Of a stretch of DNA of 64,000 nt, positions 19,001 to 26,202 are shown in pieces. How positions within the stretch are numbered: position 1 is the first letter of the stretch; each line of letters opens with the position of its first letter. The notes below the pieces were generated by a model. It saw only the letters and a program-made list of their open reading frames with translations, was not told where the DNA came from and did not search any database. The stretch is from a virus. Lineage: Duplodnaviria; Caudoviricetes. A program made the translations under genes and the position numbers. The stretch covers positions 1,162 through 65,161 of the IMG/VR virus record IMGVR_UViG_3300047160_004775. The stretch is one strand, 5' to 3'.

Positions 19001-21804
19001 TGCTTGGCTGAGCGTTCGCCGCCGGGGATGAGAAGCTGGTCCGCAGGACCGTTGGCGAGATCGACGCGCTCGGATGGCGCTTGTCTGCCGTAACCCACCT
19101 CCGCTATGGCCGCTCTGATCTTGTCGATCACGGCGTTCATCCAGGGCGGCCGCGAGCCGTCACGAGTTTCGGCCTGCTCGGCTCTCCTCAGAATGTACGC
19201 AGCTACATCGGGGCGCCCATGTCGGATCGCAGTGCGAGCGTCGTCCGGCGCGTCGTCCACCGCAAAGCCGTGCCCGAGCGCTCGGCGCATAACTTCGCGC
19301 ATGGGATCATCAGGATCGGCGTGGTCGATGTCCCGATAGTCCGCCATCTCCTCGTCCGTCGCCGGACGCGGCAGTTCCCCTAGTTGATCCGGCCGAGGTA
19401 CTTCTTGCGGATTTCCACCACGGCCTGCTGCGCCCGGACCATGTTGTCCAAGATCTTCTTCCTCTCGGGCGATACGCCACTCATCTCCGCCAGGCGGCTC
19501 AAAAGGGAAAGGCGGGTCTGGCTCGCCTTCAGAGCGTCGGCCGGCTTCAGCGAGCCACTCGTGCTCTTCGGGGGTGAGGACATGGTCGATCCGATCTTCG
19601 TAGTGGTCGGCGGTCCAGCCGTCGGCTTCGCCTTGGATCGCTTCACGTTCTAGCACATCGGCGAGCAACTCGTCATGGGTCGCATCGGCGCGCGGTTGCA
19701 CTCCGAGTTCCTGCGCTCTGGCGCGCAAGGCCTCGGTCTCTACGGTGTGGCTCAATACCTCCTGACCGCGCCACGCCGCGAGCTTCGCCGCCGCAGTCTC
19801 AAGCGCATCGCGCGGTTGGATGCCCGCAGCTCCGAACTGCTCTTCAAGGTCCGCACGACGGGCGAGGACTTCTGGCAATTGAGATGTCGGATGGTAGACC
19901 CGCTGGCTTCGGTCGCCGCCGGCTGCGCGCTCGCGATCCATCAGGGCATAGAGGTCGTTGATGCTGTCGCCGGGGTTGGTTCCCGCGAGATCATCCGCGG
20001 CGCCGGCGCGTTCACCGAACCAGCCGCGCTGCTGCAGAAGTTCGCGCATCCCATCAGGCGACAGGCCGGACTTGTTGTTGCGCAGGCCGGGCAGGCGATA
20101 GCCCTCCAGCGCACGCTGGACCTCGCCGATCGGCGAACCGTCCGCCTCCTCGGTGCGAATGCCGCCGAGGTCCCGCATGGCCTGAAAGAGGCTGTAGTCC
20201 CTGGGCGCGGCGCTCCGGAACTCCTGCACGTCCGCGATAGCCTGCGGCATCTGCTCCAGGGACGCGCCGTGGGCCACTCGCTCGCCTTCGAAGGTCTTTG
20301 GCAGCGTGACCGTCTGATCGTTCGGCGTGACCACATCGCCCGCGGGGGTCTGCACCACGGCGTGGGAGCCGCTGGTGTCGATCACGACGCCCTTGGCGAG
20401 GCCCTCGGGGGTCTGGAACAGCACCGAGTCGCCCTCGGCCGGCGCCGCGCCGGGCGCACCCTGGCCCGCGTAGGCCCGGATGGCGTCGGTGCCCGGCATG
20501 GCCTCGGGCGACGGCGCTGACGCCGCCGGTTGCTCGCGCGGCCGCAGGAGGCCCTTGCCGACATTCCACGCCGCGCCGCCGACGTCGTGTCCCCCTCGGA
20601 TCAGCACATCCCCCACCGCGCCCTGCGCCATCGCCTGGGGCACTTGGTCCGCCCAGTCGCGGTCGGGGTCGTAGGTCTGCCGCGCGACCACGTTGCCTCC
20701 GACCCGCATGGCCCCCATCAGGGTGGCGTTGCCGGCCGCGCCGGCGGCGTAGCGCGCGCCCACCCGCACCGCAGTGTTCTCCACGCCCTTGACCAGGGCC
20801 CCCGCGGCATGGCCGACCGGAACCAGCCCGAGACCGCCCTGGATCTCGGCGTTGGCCGCCGCGGCCTGGCGGGCCACTTCCGGGGGGGCCCCGTGGGCGA
20901 TGGCGTCGTCATAGGCCTCGCCGTAGCCCTGAAGTGCGAACACGCCGGCTCCCGCCGCCGGGTTGACCATCGCGGCGCCGAACGCCGGCATCATCTCGCC
21001 GGCGCCGTGGGCGATGGACTCCGCGACGTTGCGGTTCTTGGGCGCGATCTCCTCGCCTGCGACCTGCCAGGCCTTGGCGGTCGGCTCGACCTGCGGGCCG
21101 ACGGTCTTGGAGTTGGTCGCGACCTCCTGCTGCGCCTCAGCGCGCTGCTCGGGGGTGAGTTTGATGATCGACTGCCCGAGGACGATGTAGCCGGTGTCCG
21201 CGCCCTGCTTGGCCGCCGCCTGCCCGGCCGCGTCGCCCCACACGCCAAAGTCGTGGATCAGGTCGCCGATGGTCTTGACCGCGCCGCCGGCGGTGGACAT
21301 GCCGAGGCGGATCACCGCCTGCTGGAAGCCGAGGTTGCCGGTGGGCTTGGCCGACGGTGTCGCCGCGCTACCGTCGCTGACGACGCCCCACGGATCGTCC
21401 GCGCCCTGCTGCGTCACCGCCCACGGATCATCGCCGGGCGTCATCCCCACGTGGACATGCGGCCCCTGGGTCCCACTGGCGCCCTCGGCGAACACGTGGC
21501 CGGTGGGCAGTCCGGCGCTCTGGAGCTTGGCCACGGCGGCGTCTTGGCTCATGCCCTTGACGGTGATGTCCCGGGCGCCCGGCGCTTCGATGTCGCCGGC
21601 GTTGTGCGGCGAATTCTGGCCGGGGGGAACCGTCTGCGCGCCCTGTGCGCGGAGCGCGTTCTCGCGGCTCTGCGAACGCCAGCCACCGGTCTGCGACCAG
21701 TTGCCGGGGCCGAAGGTCTGGTCCATCGCGGCGCCGAAGTCCGCGTCGTTCAGGTAGCCCGAACTCGCGCCGGGCCCGGCGACGACATCCCACCCATCGG
21801 CCAT
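10033..21804 (-). CDS. giant DarB-like polyvalent ejection protein (M15-like peptidase, SF2 helicase, N6-adenine MTase, zincin motif)
   Basis: 3923 aa; NGTGTGKT and DEAH; QQEGRIYRLGQ; VLEPSAGHG and NPPF; HEAVH; follows the gp7/gp20-like genes. Confidence 0.9.
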   Translation of the reverse strand: MADGWDVVAGPGASSGYLNDADFGAAMDQTFGPGNWSQTGGWRSQSRENALRAQGAQTVPPGQNSPHNAGDIEAPGARDITVKGMSQDAAVAKLQSAGLPTGHVFAEGASGTQGPHVHVGMTPGDDPWAVTQQGADDPWGVVSDGSAATPSAKPTGNLGFQQAVIRLGMSTAGGAVKTIGDLIHDFGVWGDAAGQAAAKQGADTGYIVLGQSIIKLTPEQRAEAQQEVATNSKTVGPQVEPTAKAWQVAGEEIAPKNRNVAESIAHGAGEMMPAFGAAMVNPAAGAGVFALQGYGEAYDDAIAHGAPPEVARQAAAANAEIQGGLGLVPVGHAAGALVKGVENTAVRVGARYAAGAAGNATLMGAMRVGGNVVARQTYDPDRDWADQVPQAMAQGAVGDVLIRGGHDVGGAAWNVGKGLLRPREQPAASAPSPEAMPGTDAIRAYAGQGAPGAAPAEGDSVLFQTPEGLAKGVVIDTSGSHAVVQTPAGDVVTPNDQTVTLPKTFEGERVAHGASLEQMPQAIADVQEFRSAAPRDYSLFQAMRDLGGIRTEEADGSPIGEVQRALEGYRLPGLRNNKSGLSPDGMRELLQQRGWFGERAGAADDLAGTNPGDSINDLYALMDRERAAGGDRSQRVYHPTSQLPEVLARRADLEEQFGAAGIQPRDALETAAAKLAAWRGQEVLSHTVETEALRARAQELGVQPRADATHDELLADVLEREAIQGEADGWTADHYEDRIDHVLTPEEHEWLAEAGRRSEGEPDPPFPFEPPGGDEWRIAREEEDLGQHGPGAAGRGGNPQEVPRPDQLGELPRPATDEEMADYRDIDHADPDDPMREVMRRALGHGFAVDDAPDDARTAIRHGRPDVAAYILRRAEQAETRDGSRPPWMNAVIDKIRAAIAEVGYGRQAPSERVDLANGPADQLLIPGGERSAKQAAEARGEGPIRAKMRQKEADEGLFAPPPEAGLFDLKPTAPTPEAKQATAEAQPKGYGENNTIFTKERADEARRRLRDKLRNQLNAGLDPDLIRDGVELAGYHIEAGARLFGDYAKAMLEDLGEAARPYLKMWYESVRHYPGVKPEGMTPTEAITPQVVAGVRSDVSGGVEDLERRGGEPAAANAYGEGPLPAEPGQAQRGPGGPGGGNVGPGRGSQDLFGVPDRGAAPVGEPGAPGAREAEPRAAGQPAGRGEPGGSGPARDEGIQPNRLPAADLAAASTDSAHVEPVAADAHPFAESVGAPPVSSELERALPLLFPEQRGDVAFAEKRFDEKEGHGVLFTNGTGTGKTFTGGGLAKRFHDAGKRDILVIAPSQGILSHWAEAMEKLGVPFHVLEDTAGAGKGPVGTTYAALAANESLADRTWDLVIADEAHTLSSDQKGSETEALRSFRALTLHPNRLYRRAEMEMRAEKAKVDALQPPKGVYSGPMYQRWREAYERFNEKAKARVEELKALDRPKAAFLSATPFAYDKSIEWAHGYLFDWGPEPQSRGYNVGSAKDQFFMRHFGYRMRSNKLTKPEAAVESEIMERQFHEWLRRSGSLSGRVLNVDQDYDRKFALVHAGVGEKIDQALQFLRSAEDGKYRNLADAIDSRFNYLNRARLLEAIKAKAAIPIIRAHMALGRKVVVFHNFNEGGGFSPFAYHPEMEMRGGRPGEMKQLHEEFAAKNPYVEQIDRDLANLPSPIAQLTQAFPKALIYNGTVSKGMRERAKAQFNADGSPHNLIIVQSDAGQAGISLHDTSGKHQRALINLGLPVRPTAAIQQEGRIYRLGQKSDAILRYLNTGTAWERYAFASKIAERAGTAENLALGEQARTLRESFINAFLDSADLPPQPGEGKGGKQADFELAKAVTAYQKARSYYFAEAKKSGRRDQREGLDYFPTPEPLGLKMAEWADIRPGERVLEPSAGHGAIARFFPETADRTLIEPSAELASKAGLHAPGARVLQERFEDLHPVNKFDAIVMNPPFGHAGATAIDHLEKAMNHLRDGGRIVALIPRGATDGKFDKLMESDAAKGVYKVADIDLPTSTFERAGTKVRARVVVLERQNTPDLAKHLQETQRDYADASNINELFDRLEHASIKERLAPKVQEAEETARQQQPAPAAAQAAEPGKPLHGGFDLGQTLHGKTGELVYVATAKLRVSPEEYNALNGLAKKNGGYYSSFRGRGAIPGFQFKSEAQRDAFLRDAGDVSDAKFAKAPVFYSALERHIDASTLKAATPEQWKATIRNAPGLKKEELEWTGVNDWLDLFKGEKVPKEALQAFVRDNGVKVEERILGDKRMSEIPPDEEAIKDYGDEWERLVEENKAAKAELERLDYDGTTAEGKEAWERSRATGAAQDDLHRRMVDETIARSGYGGQTEFGDWTLPGGEDYRELLLTLPKEANPPATHWDTPGVMAHVRFDTRTAPDGKKVLFVQEIQSDWHQKGRDQGYRQPPDQKTIDLRQEQYDAAQAELRAAAMPFLERAVPLIESRRDVLANEAAAAREARDAALGVYRASGGSGGSADLYQEYHRLNVVAEERQKLSASLNNNTVQHVLDNWRTMSPDESLGILNLAFGSPAFRDGANAELRDQLRQEAAPIQPLRLHANEMQQALQRAKDPGGIPDAPFKSSWPALVMKRAIKWAVDHDFDRVAWTTGDQQAERYDLSHHVGRLTLEDNAAGGIGRADMTGPFRHGTLTVRDPSGNQVMRRELASEQELRELIGQPLADRLLASDPREGRGGHGWLQRERHLEGLDVKIGGEGMKAFYDRNLVNITNDLIRKYGAKVEEKRIANPSGEYMEYNARRGLVDLEAANRRRDAIDPNWRETRPHVAQAAKEEEVRHLASLKEAQEGLSQPGFDITPAMREAASGGLPLFKRTERGEAAAQPRGVRIEQGSDNDFTDRIAAAIHKIAPFAEVVPARRITETATGARAMGVSWRDGLRHLVAWSIESPDAVGIGRHEAVHALRSAGVIRPEEWEALERAASDEDWRSRYQIPERYGDFERGKQLEESIAERFREWRRDGERGLSGLVQTIFQRIAKVLDAIRDMAKRTFGQQASAADIFSRMESGEIGRRLGRESYPVNRVDDHDTPAFARPPADEERSPEARAVGDHINNILGRGVGATGRRLQRAAAKALPDPMVDALSETKDAVNLAVNPMAAGSGRAQAAAKDFANTLRNADFQHERLDKWLDRRFTDEQQRRMWEAADEEGVILRRGEESGPGQGLNRLDDAERAAVLELQRRADAAFEEAQALGMVKGDGLESYVPRMVVQMTAFGPKVLERTTPRQTRQGGNLSTTTGQLRQRKYELTSETEAAAQKAFGDKATVVRNIRTLPLATQRLERAIAGRTLVNRIKELSSQTGEPLVVEGQRPSDNYFTMDHPALQVWRPRFVKDAETGKITTAVDQNGDVVFEANPLWISKEFEGPLKAVLTMPPGAIDRAFIRPLMELKSKALGVIMYSPLMHNAVIWGRALAADPVGVATFEAYRRGFRAKMDPETMAEAINAGLVPITRHFDKIDTASIANNGATFTPGRSWTSQVLGYIPGLFDKAAGDAVKAKVDEFGDLWHNTFLWDRIGDLQMGLYTKIRDDLSRKANQFGITDQTAQRIAAHYANRYAGSLPMEGMSKVARQLANIVMFSRSFTLGNLAAYKDLTKGLPSDVRSQIERDAGAQQLQNAQGVARRKAIAMLALDFGFSIAGRLLAAGAVAWLTQQKFQAPWDNEEKYRNRFLLRYQSDGTAVYGRLPTGKTIEDLENWVTQPITTFKQKMSPYAKLADEIISNDKGFGRKVYDPYDHTLGGFGKNVLRVIGHTFESIAPTGQLQGAKDMMAGGPGVDRKTAALQTFLPVAGITVSKGAPGGPAIGDYYAAKDEHDFQVQQAMSGIQRQIKTGDVAGARAKMTELGIAPGLQNYYVRVAQNPGLRMSGRQLRDFERFANDEQRQQFARDRAATAARAGQ
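18144..18509 (-). CDS. overprinted gene in the +1 frame of the giant protein (121 aa)
   Basis: GGGAG RBS 9 nt before ATG; third positions mostly G/C in this frame; helical protein-like sequence. Confidence 0.75.
   Translation of the reverse strand: MYQVASRIWNDVAASQPLQTPMARALFPLSQDKLNEALEAREGAMSAQGVDRKTSSAYLTVAPLLWENQALQAHARQNPGLQDSLPDVGSPAEAALLATKEFSLTGSQQQTLQRLLQTPPT
19380..19583 (-). CDS. second overprinted ORF in the +1 frame of the giant protein
   Basis: 31 of the last 34 codons end in G/C; amphipathic basic helix; start uncertain (19646, 19583 or 19484). Confidence 0.55.
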   Translation of the reverse strand: MSSPPKSTSGSLKPADALKASQTRLSLLSRLAEMSGVSPERKKILDNMVRAQQAVVEIRKKYLGRIN

Positions 21805-23268
21805 CTACGATACCCTGACGGGCTTGCCGTTCTTCCTGGTCCAGACCTGCCCGTTGCGGAAGGTGGTGTTGACCCCTTCCTTGAGGTTGCTCAGGGCGCG
21901 GGCGGGCGGCTGGGCGTTTGCGCCACCTGCGCCACCTTGCGCCACCCCACCTTGCGGTGGTGACGCAGAGTTGGCCGCAGTGAGCTCGCCCGCGATCTCG
22001 GTCTTGCGCTGCTGGATCCAGGCCTGCGCGGGCACAGGCTTGCCGTCCGGCCCCGCGGGCGGTCCGGAGAGGCTGACGGCGTTGTACTCGGTGGTCGCCT
22101 GCTTCTCGGCCGCGAGGTCGATCTGCGCCGCCGTCATGGTCTTGGATCCCGCGCCGCCCGCGTAGGCCAGGGCGCCGGAGTCGTCGCCAGGGTGCGTGGC
22201 GAGCCACGCCTGGCGCTTCTGCTCATAGACCGAACCCCGACCCGTACCCGGTCGCTGGAGGCCCTGCGGACCACCCTGCTGCATATCCCACTGGCCGGTC
22301 TTGGTGTTGAAGGACCACGCCTGCCCCTGGTTGTCCGTGTAGGTCTGGTAGCGCCCCGAACCCTGGGCAATCTCGGTCGCCTGAGGGGACGCCGGGTTGG
22401 ACTGGTTGACGGCGTAGAGATTGCCGCCCACGTCCCTGAGCTCGGCGGGGATCTGAGGGCTAGGGATTCCGGCCTGCGTGCGCCCGATGCGCGCCGTGAG
22501 GTAGTTTTCCACGGGCCCGTAGGTGGCCTTCACCTTCGCCAGGAGGTTCGGCACGTCCGAGGCCTGCACGCCGGCGACCTGCAACTGGCTGTAGCCGAGG
22601 TTCACGGCCTCCTGCTGGAGGGTCTGGAGGGGGTTGCTCGAGCTCTCCACACGCCGCGCCGCAGCCAGGTGCGCCGAGGCGTTGTTGAGGGCGTTCTGGA
22701 GCTGCTGCGGATTGGCCTGGGCGAAGAGGCGGTCGTACTGGCTGGCCTGCGCTCCGTCGCTCACGCCGGCGAAGTCCCCGTTGACGCCGGCGAGGCCGCT
22801 GCTCGGGGCGTTGCCGCCGTTGGCCATGTCGGTCATCGCCGCGCCTGGGGACTGCGCAGCGTAGGTGAGCGCCCACCGCTTGGCCATCTGCGGGTTGTAG
22901 CGGCCCTTGTACTGCGCGGCCTGTGGAGCACCGTTGTCCACCAACTGGTCGATCATCTTGTCCCAACGCCCGTGTGGATCCGGCGCGTCGGGATCGAAGG
23001 TCGCGAAGTCGTTGGCCATCATGGACTGTTGCGCGGCGGTGATGCGGCTGCGCTGCTGCGCCTGCTGGACTTGGAGGTCGAGGGCCGACCGGGTGTTGGA
23101 CAGGTTCAGTTGCTGAAGTTGGGACTGAAGCACCCCGATCCGCGCGGGGAGGGCCTCGCGATCGTACTCCGCGTTCGTCTGGTCCTGCTGCACGCGCGCG
23201 AGATCCGAGGCCACCTGAGTGGGCGTTTCGACCCCGAGTTGGGGAATGGAGGCCTCGAAGATCGCCAC
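21805..23268 (-). CDS. DNA ejection (pilot) protein, P22 gp20-like position
   Basis: Q/G/A-rich 487 aa; C-terminal NGQVWTRKNGKPVRV; lies between the gp7-like and giant genes. Confidence 0.7.
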   Translation of the reverse strand: MAIFEASIPQLGVETPTQVASDLARVQQDQTNAEYDREALPARIGVLQSQLQQLNLSNTRSALDLQVQQAQQRSRITAAQQSMMANDFATFDPDAPDPHGRWDKMIDQLVDNGAPQAAQYKGRYNPQMAKRWALTYAAQSPGAAMTDMANGGNAPSSGLAGVNGDFAGVSDGAQASQYDRLFAQANPQQLQNALNNASAHLAAARRVESSSNPLQTLQQEAVNLGYSQLQVAGVQASDVPNLLAKVKATYGPVENYLTARIGRTQAGIPSPQIPAELRDVGGNLYAVNQSNPASPQATEIAQGSGRYQTYTDNQGQAWSFNTKTGQWDMQQGGPQGLQRPGTGRGSVYEQKRQAWLATHPGDDSGALAYAGGAGSKTMTAAQIDLAAEKQATTEYNAVSLSGPPAGPDGKPVPAQAWIQQRKTEIAGELTAANSASPPQGGVAQGGAGGANAQPPARALSNLKEGVNTTFRNGQVWTRKNGKPVRVS

Positions 23269-23271
23269 GGC

Positions 23272-23505
23272 TTACTCTCCCATGTCACCGGGCGCAGCGC
23301 CGGTCGGCATACCCCCGGGCGGCGCCGACATGGCTTGGCCAGGGTCGTCCATCGGGCCGCCGCCGGGCGGGAAGGCCATCGGAGACTGCGGGAAGGCCCC
23401 GGCGGGCGCGGGCTTGAGGTGTCGCATCCTGATGTGAGGCTTGTCGGTCGAGCGACCGCCGACCTTCGGAATGGGAGTGGCCTTGCGGGCAGAGGGCTTC
23501 ATCAT
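23272..23505 (-). CDS. small P/G/M-rich protein
   Basis: AGGAG RBS; fills the gap in the operon. Confidence 0.6.
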   Translation of the reverse strand: MMKPSARKATPIPKVGGRSTDKPHIRMRHLKPAPAGAFPQSPMAFPPGGGPMDDPGQAMSAPPGGMPTGAAPGDMGE

Positions 23506-23511
23506 CTTCTC

Positions 23512-24237
23512 CTAGTAGAGACCGTCCCATGCGGCCTGAATATCCGCCGGCGCGTTGGCCATCGTCATGGTCGTGCCGGAACTTCCTCCGCCGGGCCACC
23601 ACTTGTTGGCCAGCGATCCCAGCTGCGAGAGGCCGGAGTTCAGAATGTTGCCCTGGGAGACGGCGTTCGCGGCGTTGACCGCGCCGGCGCTCGCGGTGGT
23701 CTGGGCGATGCCCTGCCCCGCCGAGACGCCGTTGTTGCCGAGGCCTGCGGCGGCGTTCTCCCCGAGGTTCGCGAAGCTCTGGAGCGTCGAGATGTAGGGT
23801 TGCCAGCCCTGCTGGAGCGCGTAGTTCGTGCCGTACTGCTGGGCGGCCTTGAGTTGCGCGCCGGAAAGAAGCAGCCCGGAGCTCGCCGCCGAGCGGTCCA
23901 GGGCCTGCTGCCCTTGCTGCAGGCCGAATTGGTAGCCCGGAAACTGCGTGAGCGCCGAAGTGATCGCCGAGGAGTTGGGAGCGCCGGAGCCGCCGGAGCC
24001 GAAGCCAAACAGGTTGGCGAGTTGCGACATGGCGCTGCCGCCGGTCGAGATGAACGGCGAGAGATCCGACCGGGTCTGGTTATACATCGCCATCTGGGTC
24101 GCGTTGGCCTGGTTGGCGGCATTCTGCGTCGCCTGCGCGGCGTTGCTGGACGCGTTGGAGGAGATCAGGGCGCTTCCGATGGAACCCGCCGCGCCGAGGC
24201 CCCCGGCAATGAGGGCCGGACCAGAAATCGACGGCAT
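23512..24237 (-). CDS. DNA transfer/ejection protein, P22 gp7-like
   Basis: GAAGSIGSALISS.A...PGYQFGLQQGQQALDRSAA..G.LLSG..LKA..QYG motif. Confidence 0.85.
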   Translation of the reverse strand: MPSISGPALIAGGLGAAGSIGSALISSNASSNAAQATQNAANQANATQMAMYNQTRSDLSPFISTGGSAMSQLANLFGFGSGGSGAPNSSAITSALTQFPGYQFGLQQGQQALDRSAASSGLLLSGAQLKAAQQYGTNYALQQGWQPYISTLQSFANLGENAAAGLGNNGVSAGQGIAQTTASAGAVNAANAVSQGNILNSGLSQLGSLANKWWPGGGSSGTTMTMANAPADIQAAWDGLY

Positions 24238-24710
24238 CAGCCCGCCTCCCCGATGAACAAGCTGTAGGTGACCTGCGTGGCCTCCGCGCCGCGGCGCTTG
24301 AAGAACCGCCCGATGTTCCAGCCGCGGCCGCGCAGGCGGTGATGCGGGAAGATCCACGAGACGCCGTAGTTGCGCAGCATCTCCACGCTGGCGTCAAACA
24401 TCTTGGCCGCGACGAGGGGGTGCTTGGGCAGCACGTACCACGCGCCCTGCTCGGCGATCTTGAGCCCCTTGGATTCCACGTCTGGGCCGGTCTGCCACGA
24501 CAGGTAGCCGATCACGTCGCCGCCCTTCCTGGCGATGATGACGTGCAGATGGCTCGACACCGCTGCTTGGCGCATGAGTTCGAGGTCGAGCTCAAAGGGG
24601 CGTCTCGGATCCGGGCCGTCCACTTCCGCCGAGTGGGCTTCGGCCAGAGCCTTGACCTCGCGCCACAGATGGGCCGTCCAGGGCTCTTCGCCGACGGTGA
24701 GCTCACGCAT
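24237..24710 (-). CDS. GNAT-like acetyltransferase-fold protein
   Basis: HVIIAR.GG.VIGYL...AEQGAWYV..KH; typical position upstream of gp7-like genes. Confidence 0.7.
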   Translation of the reverse strand: MRELTVGEEPWTAHLWREVKALAEAHSAEVDGPDPRRPFELDLELMRQAAVSSHLHVIIARKGGDVIGYLSWQTGPDVESKGLKIAEQGAWYVLPKHPLVAAKMFDASVEMLRNYGVSWIFPHHRLRGRGWNIGRFFKRRGAEATQVTYSLFIGEAG

Positions 24711-25326
24711 CTTGGAGCTCCTTCGCGACGATGGCCTTCAGCCCCTGGATCTGGCTCGCTCGGGCCTGGAGGAGCTTGAGTTGCTGAACCATATCGACCT
24801 GGATGTTGAGGCGGTGCATCGCCTCCCACCAGGCCGCGTCCATGTGCTCGCCGGTGCAGAACCGGTAGAGGCGCTCGCAGGAGCCCTGGAAGCGTAGCGC
24901 GCCCCACTCCAGGGTCATGGTTCCCGGTTGCCGGCTGATCTGGCGCAGGAGCTCATAGCGGAGCTGCATCTCGCTCTCGACGCCCGTCAGACCGAAGCGC
25001 GCGAGGCTGGCGCACACCTCATCGACCGGCCGCAGGATGACGGCGAACTTGGCCTCAGGCATCATCCGGCGTATCAGCCGCCACGCGAAGGCCGCGCCGG
25101 TTTCGCACGTGCCGGCGAGCTCGAGGTTCAGCCGCCACGCGAAATCCGCCGGTGTGTCACACGTGACACCGATATCGTGACCCACCACGCGGCCGGGCGC
25201 GCCCAGGAAGGCGCTGAGCCACGCCGAGCGAGAACGGGGCAGCGAAAACACCAAAAACGGCGGTTGCTCTGCGAGCCTATCGCGGCAAGATGCGACTACG
25301 TTTCTCACAAGAGATACCCATGGCAA
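24703..25326 (-). CDS. sulfotransferase-like P-loop protein (start uncertain)
   Basis: FLVFSLPRSRSAWLS PAPS-loop-like motif; AKFAVILRPVDEVCASL. Confidence 0.75.
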   Translation of the reverse strand: MPWVSLVRNVVASCRDRLAEQPPFLVFSLPRSRSAWLSAFLGAPGRVVGHDIGVTCDTPADFAWRLNLELAGTCETGAAFAWRLIRRMMPEAKFAVILRPVDEVCASLARFGLTGVESEMQLRYELLRQISRQPGTMTLEWGALRFQGSCERLYRFCTGEHMDAAWWEAMHRLNIQVDMVQQLKLLQARASQIQGLKAIVAKELQDA

Positions 25327-25820
25327 ACATTCCGACCGCAGACCGCTTTTGGGCTAAGGTCAAAAAAGGCGATCCAGGTGAGTACTGGCCGTTTATCGGG
25401 CACGTAGGACCTGGCGGCTACGGTGCCTTTTCGCTCAGCAGCAAACCGAAGAGGGCGCATCGGGTCGCGTGGCTGCTGACCTATGGCCCGATTCCCCAGG
25501 GCGAGGGCTACCATGGGATGTGCGTTCTGCACCGCTGCGATTTTCGTGCCTGCTGCAATCCAACTCATCTTTTTCTTGGTACGCAGGCACAAAACAACGC
25601 CGACAGATCGGCAAAAGGCAGAAGCAGCCGAGGACACCCCACGAGCGGCCCGCGCGCCAGGGCTAACTTGACCGAAGATCAAGTGCGAGCAGCCTTTGCG
25701 ATGAGGGCCAGCGGGATTTTGTGCCCAACGGTCGCAAGGCACTTTAGCATTACCGTCCACCAGATGCGGGACATCTGGCGCGGACGCTGCTGGGCACATC
25801 TGGGCCTGACGTCTAAATAG
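25320..25820 (+). CDS. HNH homing endonuclease, antisense to the virion operon
   Basis: RFWAKV, AHRVAW, VLHRCD..ACCNPTHLFLGT..QNNAD. Confidence 0.9.
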   Translation: MANIPTADRFWAKVKKGDPGEYWPFIGHVGPGGYGAFSLSSKPKRAHRVAWLLTYGPIPQGEGYHGMCVLHRCDFRACCNPTHLFLGTQAQNNADRSAKGRSSRGHPTSGPRARANLTEDQVRAAFAMRASGILCPTVARHFSITVHQMRDIWRGRCWAHLGLTSK

Positions 25821-25822
25821 TT

Positions 25823-26158
25823 TCATGGCGTCATCAGCCTTCCGGAGCCGAAAAACGCCAGCACGCCGTCGACAGACGCTGCGGCCTGGATGGTGTCGCC
25901 CACCCCCAGGGTGTGGCCGATCAGTTGCCAGACGTCCCACGACTCCAAAGGCTGCAACTGGCGGGTCGGGCTGATGTTGTTCGAGGGGCCGTCAGAGCCG
26001 CTCGCGGGCACCCACCAGATCTGCACCGAGTAGGGCGTTCCGGCCTGCGGATTGGAGACCGTGATCTTGTCGATCTGCGTTCTTGAGGTCGCGGTGTAGT
26101 AGACGACCGCGACCGCGGTGAGGAATTGGGGCGCCCAAAGAGGTTGGATTGTGACCAA
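25823..26158 (-). CDS. small virion protein
   Basis: 111-aa beta-rich ORF; TTG start with GGAG RBS. Confidence 0.7.
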   Translation of the reverse strand: MVTIQPLWAPQFLTAVAVVYYTATSRTQIDKITVSNPQAGTPYSVQIWWVPASGSDGPSNNISPTRQLQPLESWDVWQLIGHTLGVGDTIQAAASVDGVLAFFGSGRLMTP

Positions 26159-26185
26159 GGAACCAGGCTCCGAGAGTTCTCAGGC

Positions 26186-26202
26186 GGCGCGGTTCCTTCG
26201 CC
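26186..26202 (-). promoter_or_regulatory. 17-bp intergenic motif, copy 2
   Basis: Identical to 9977-9993. Confidence 0.55.
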
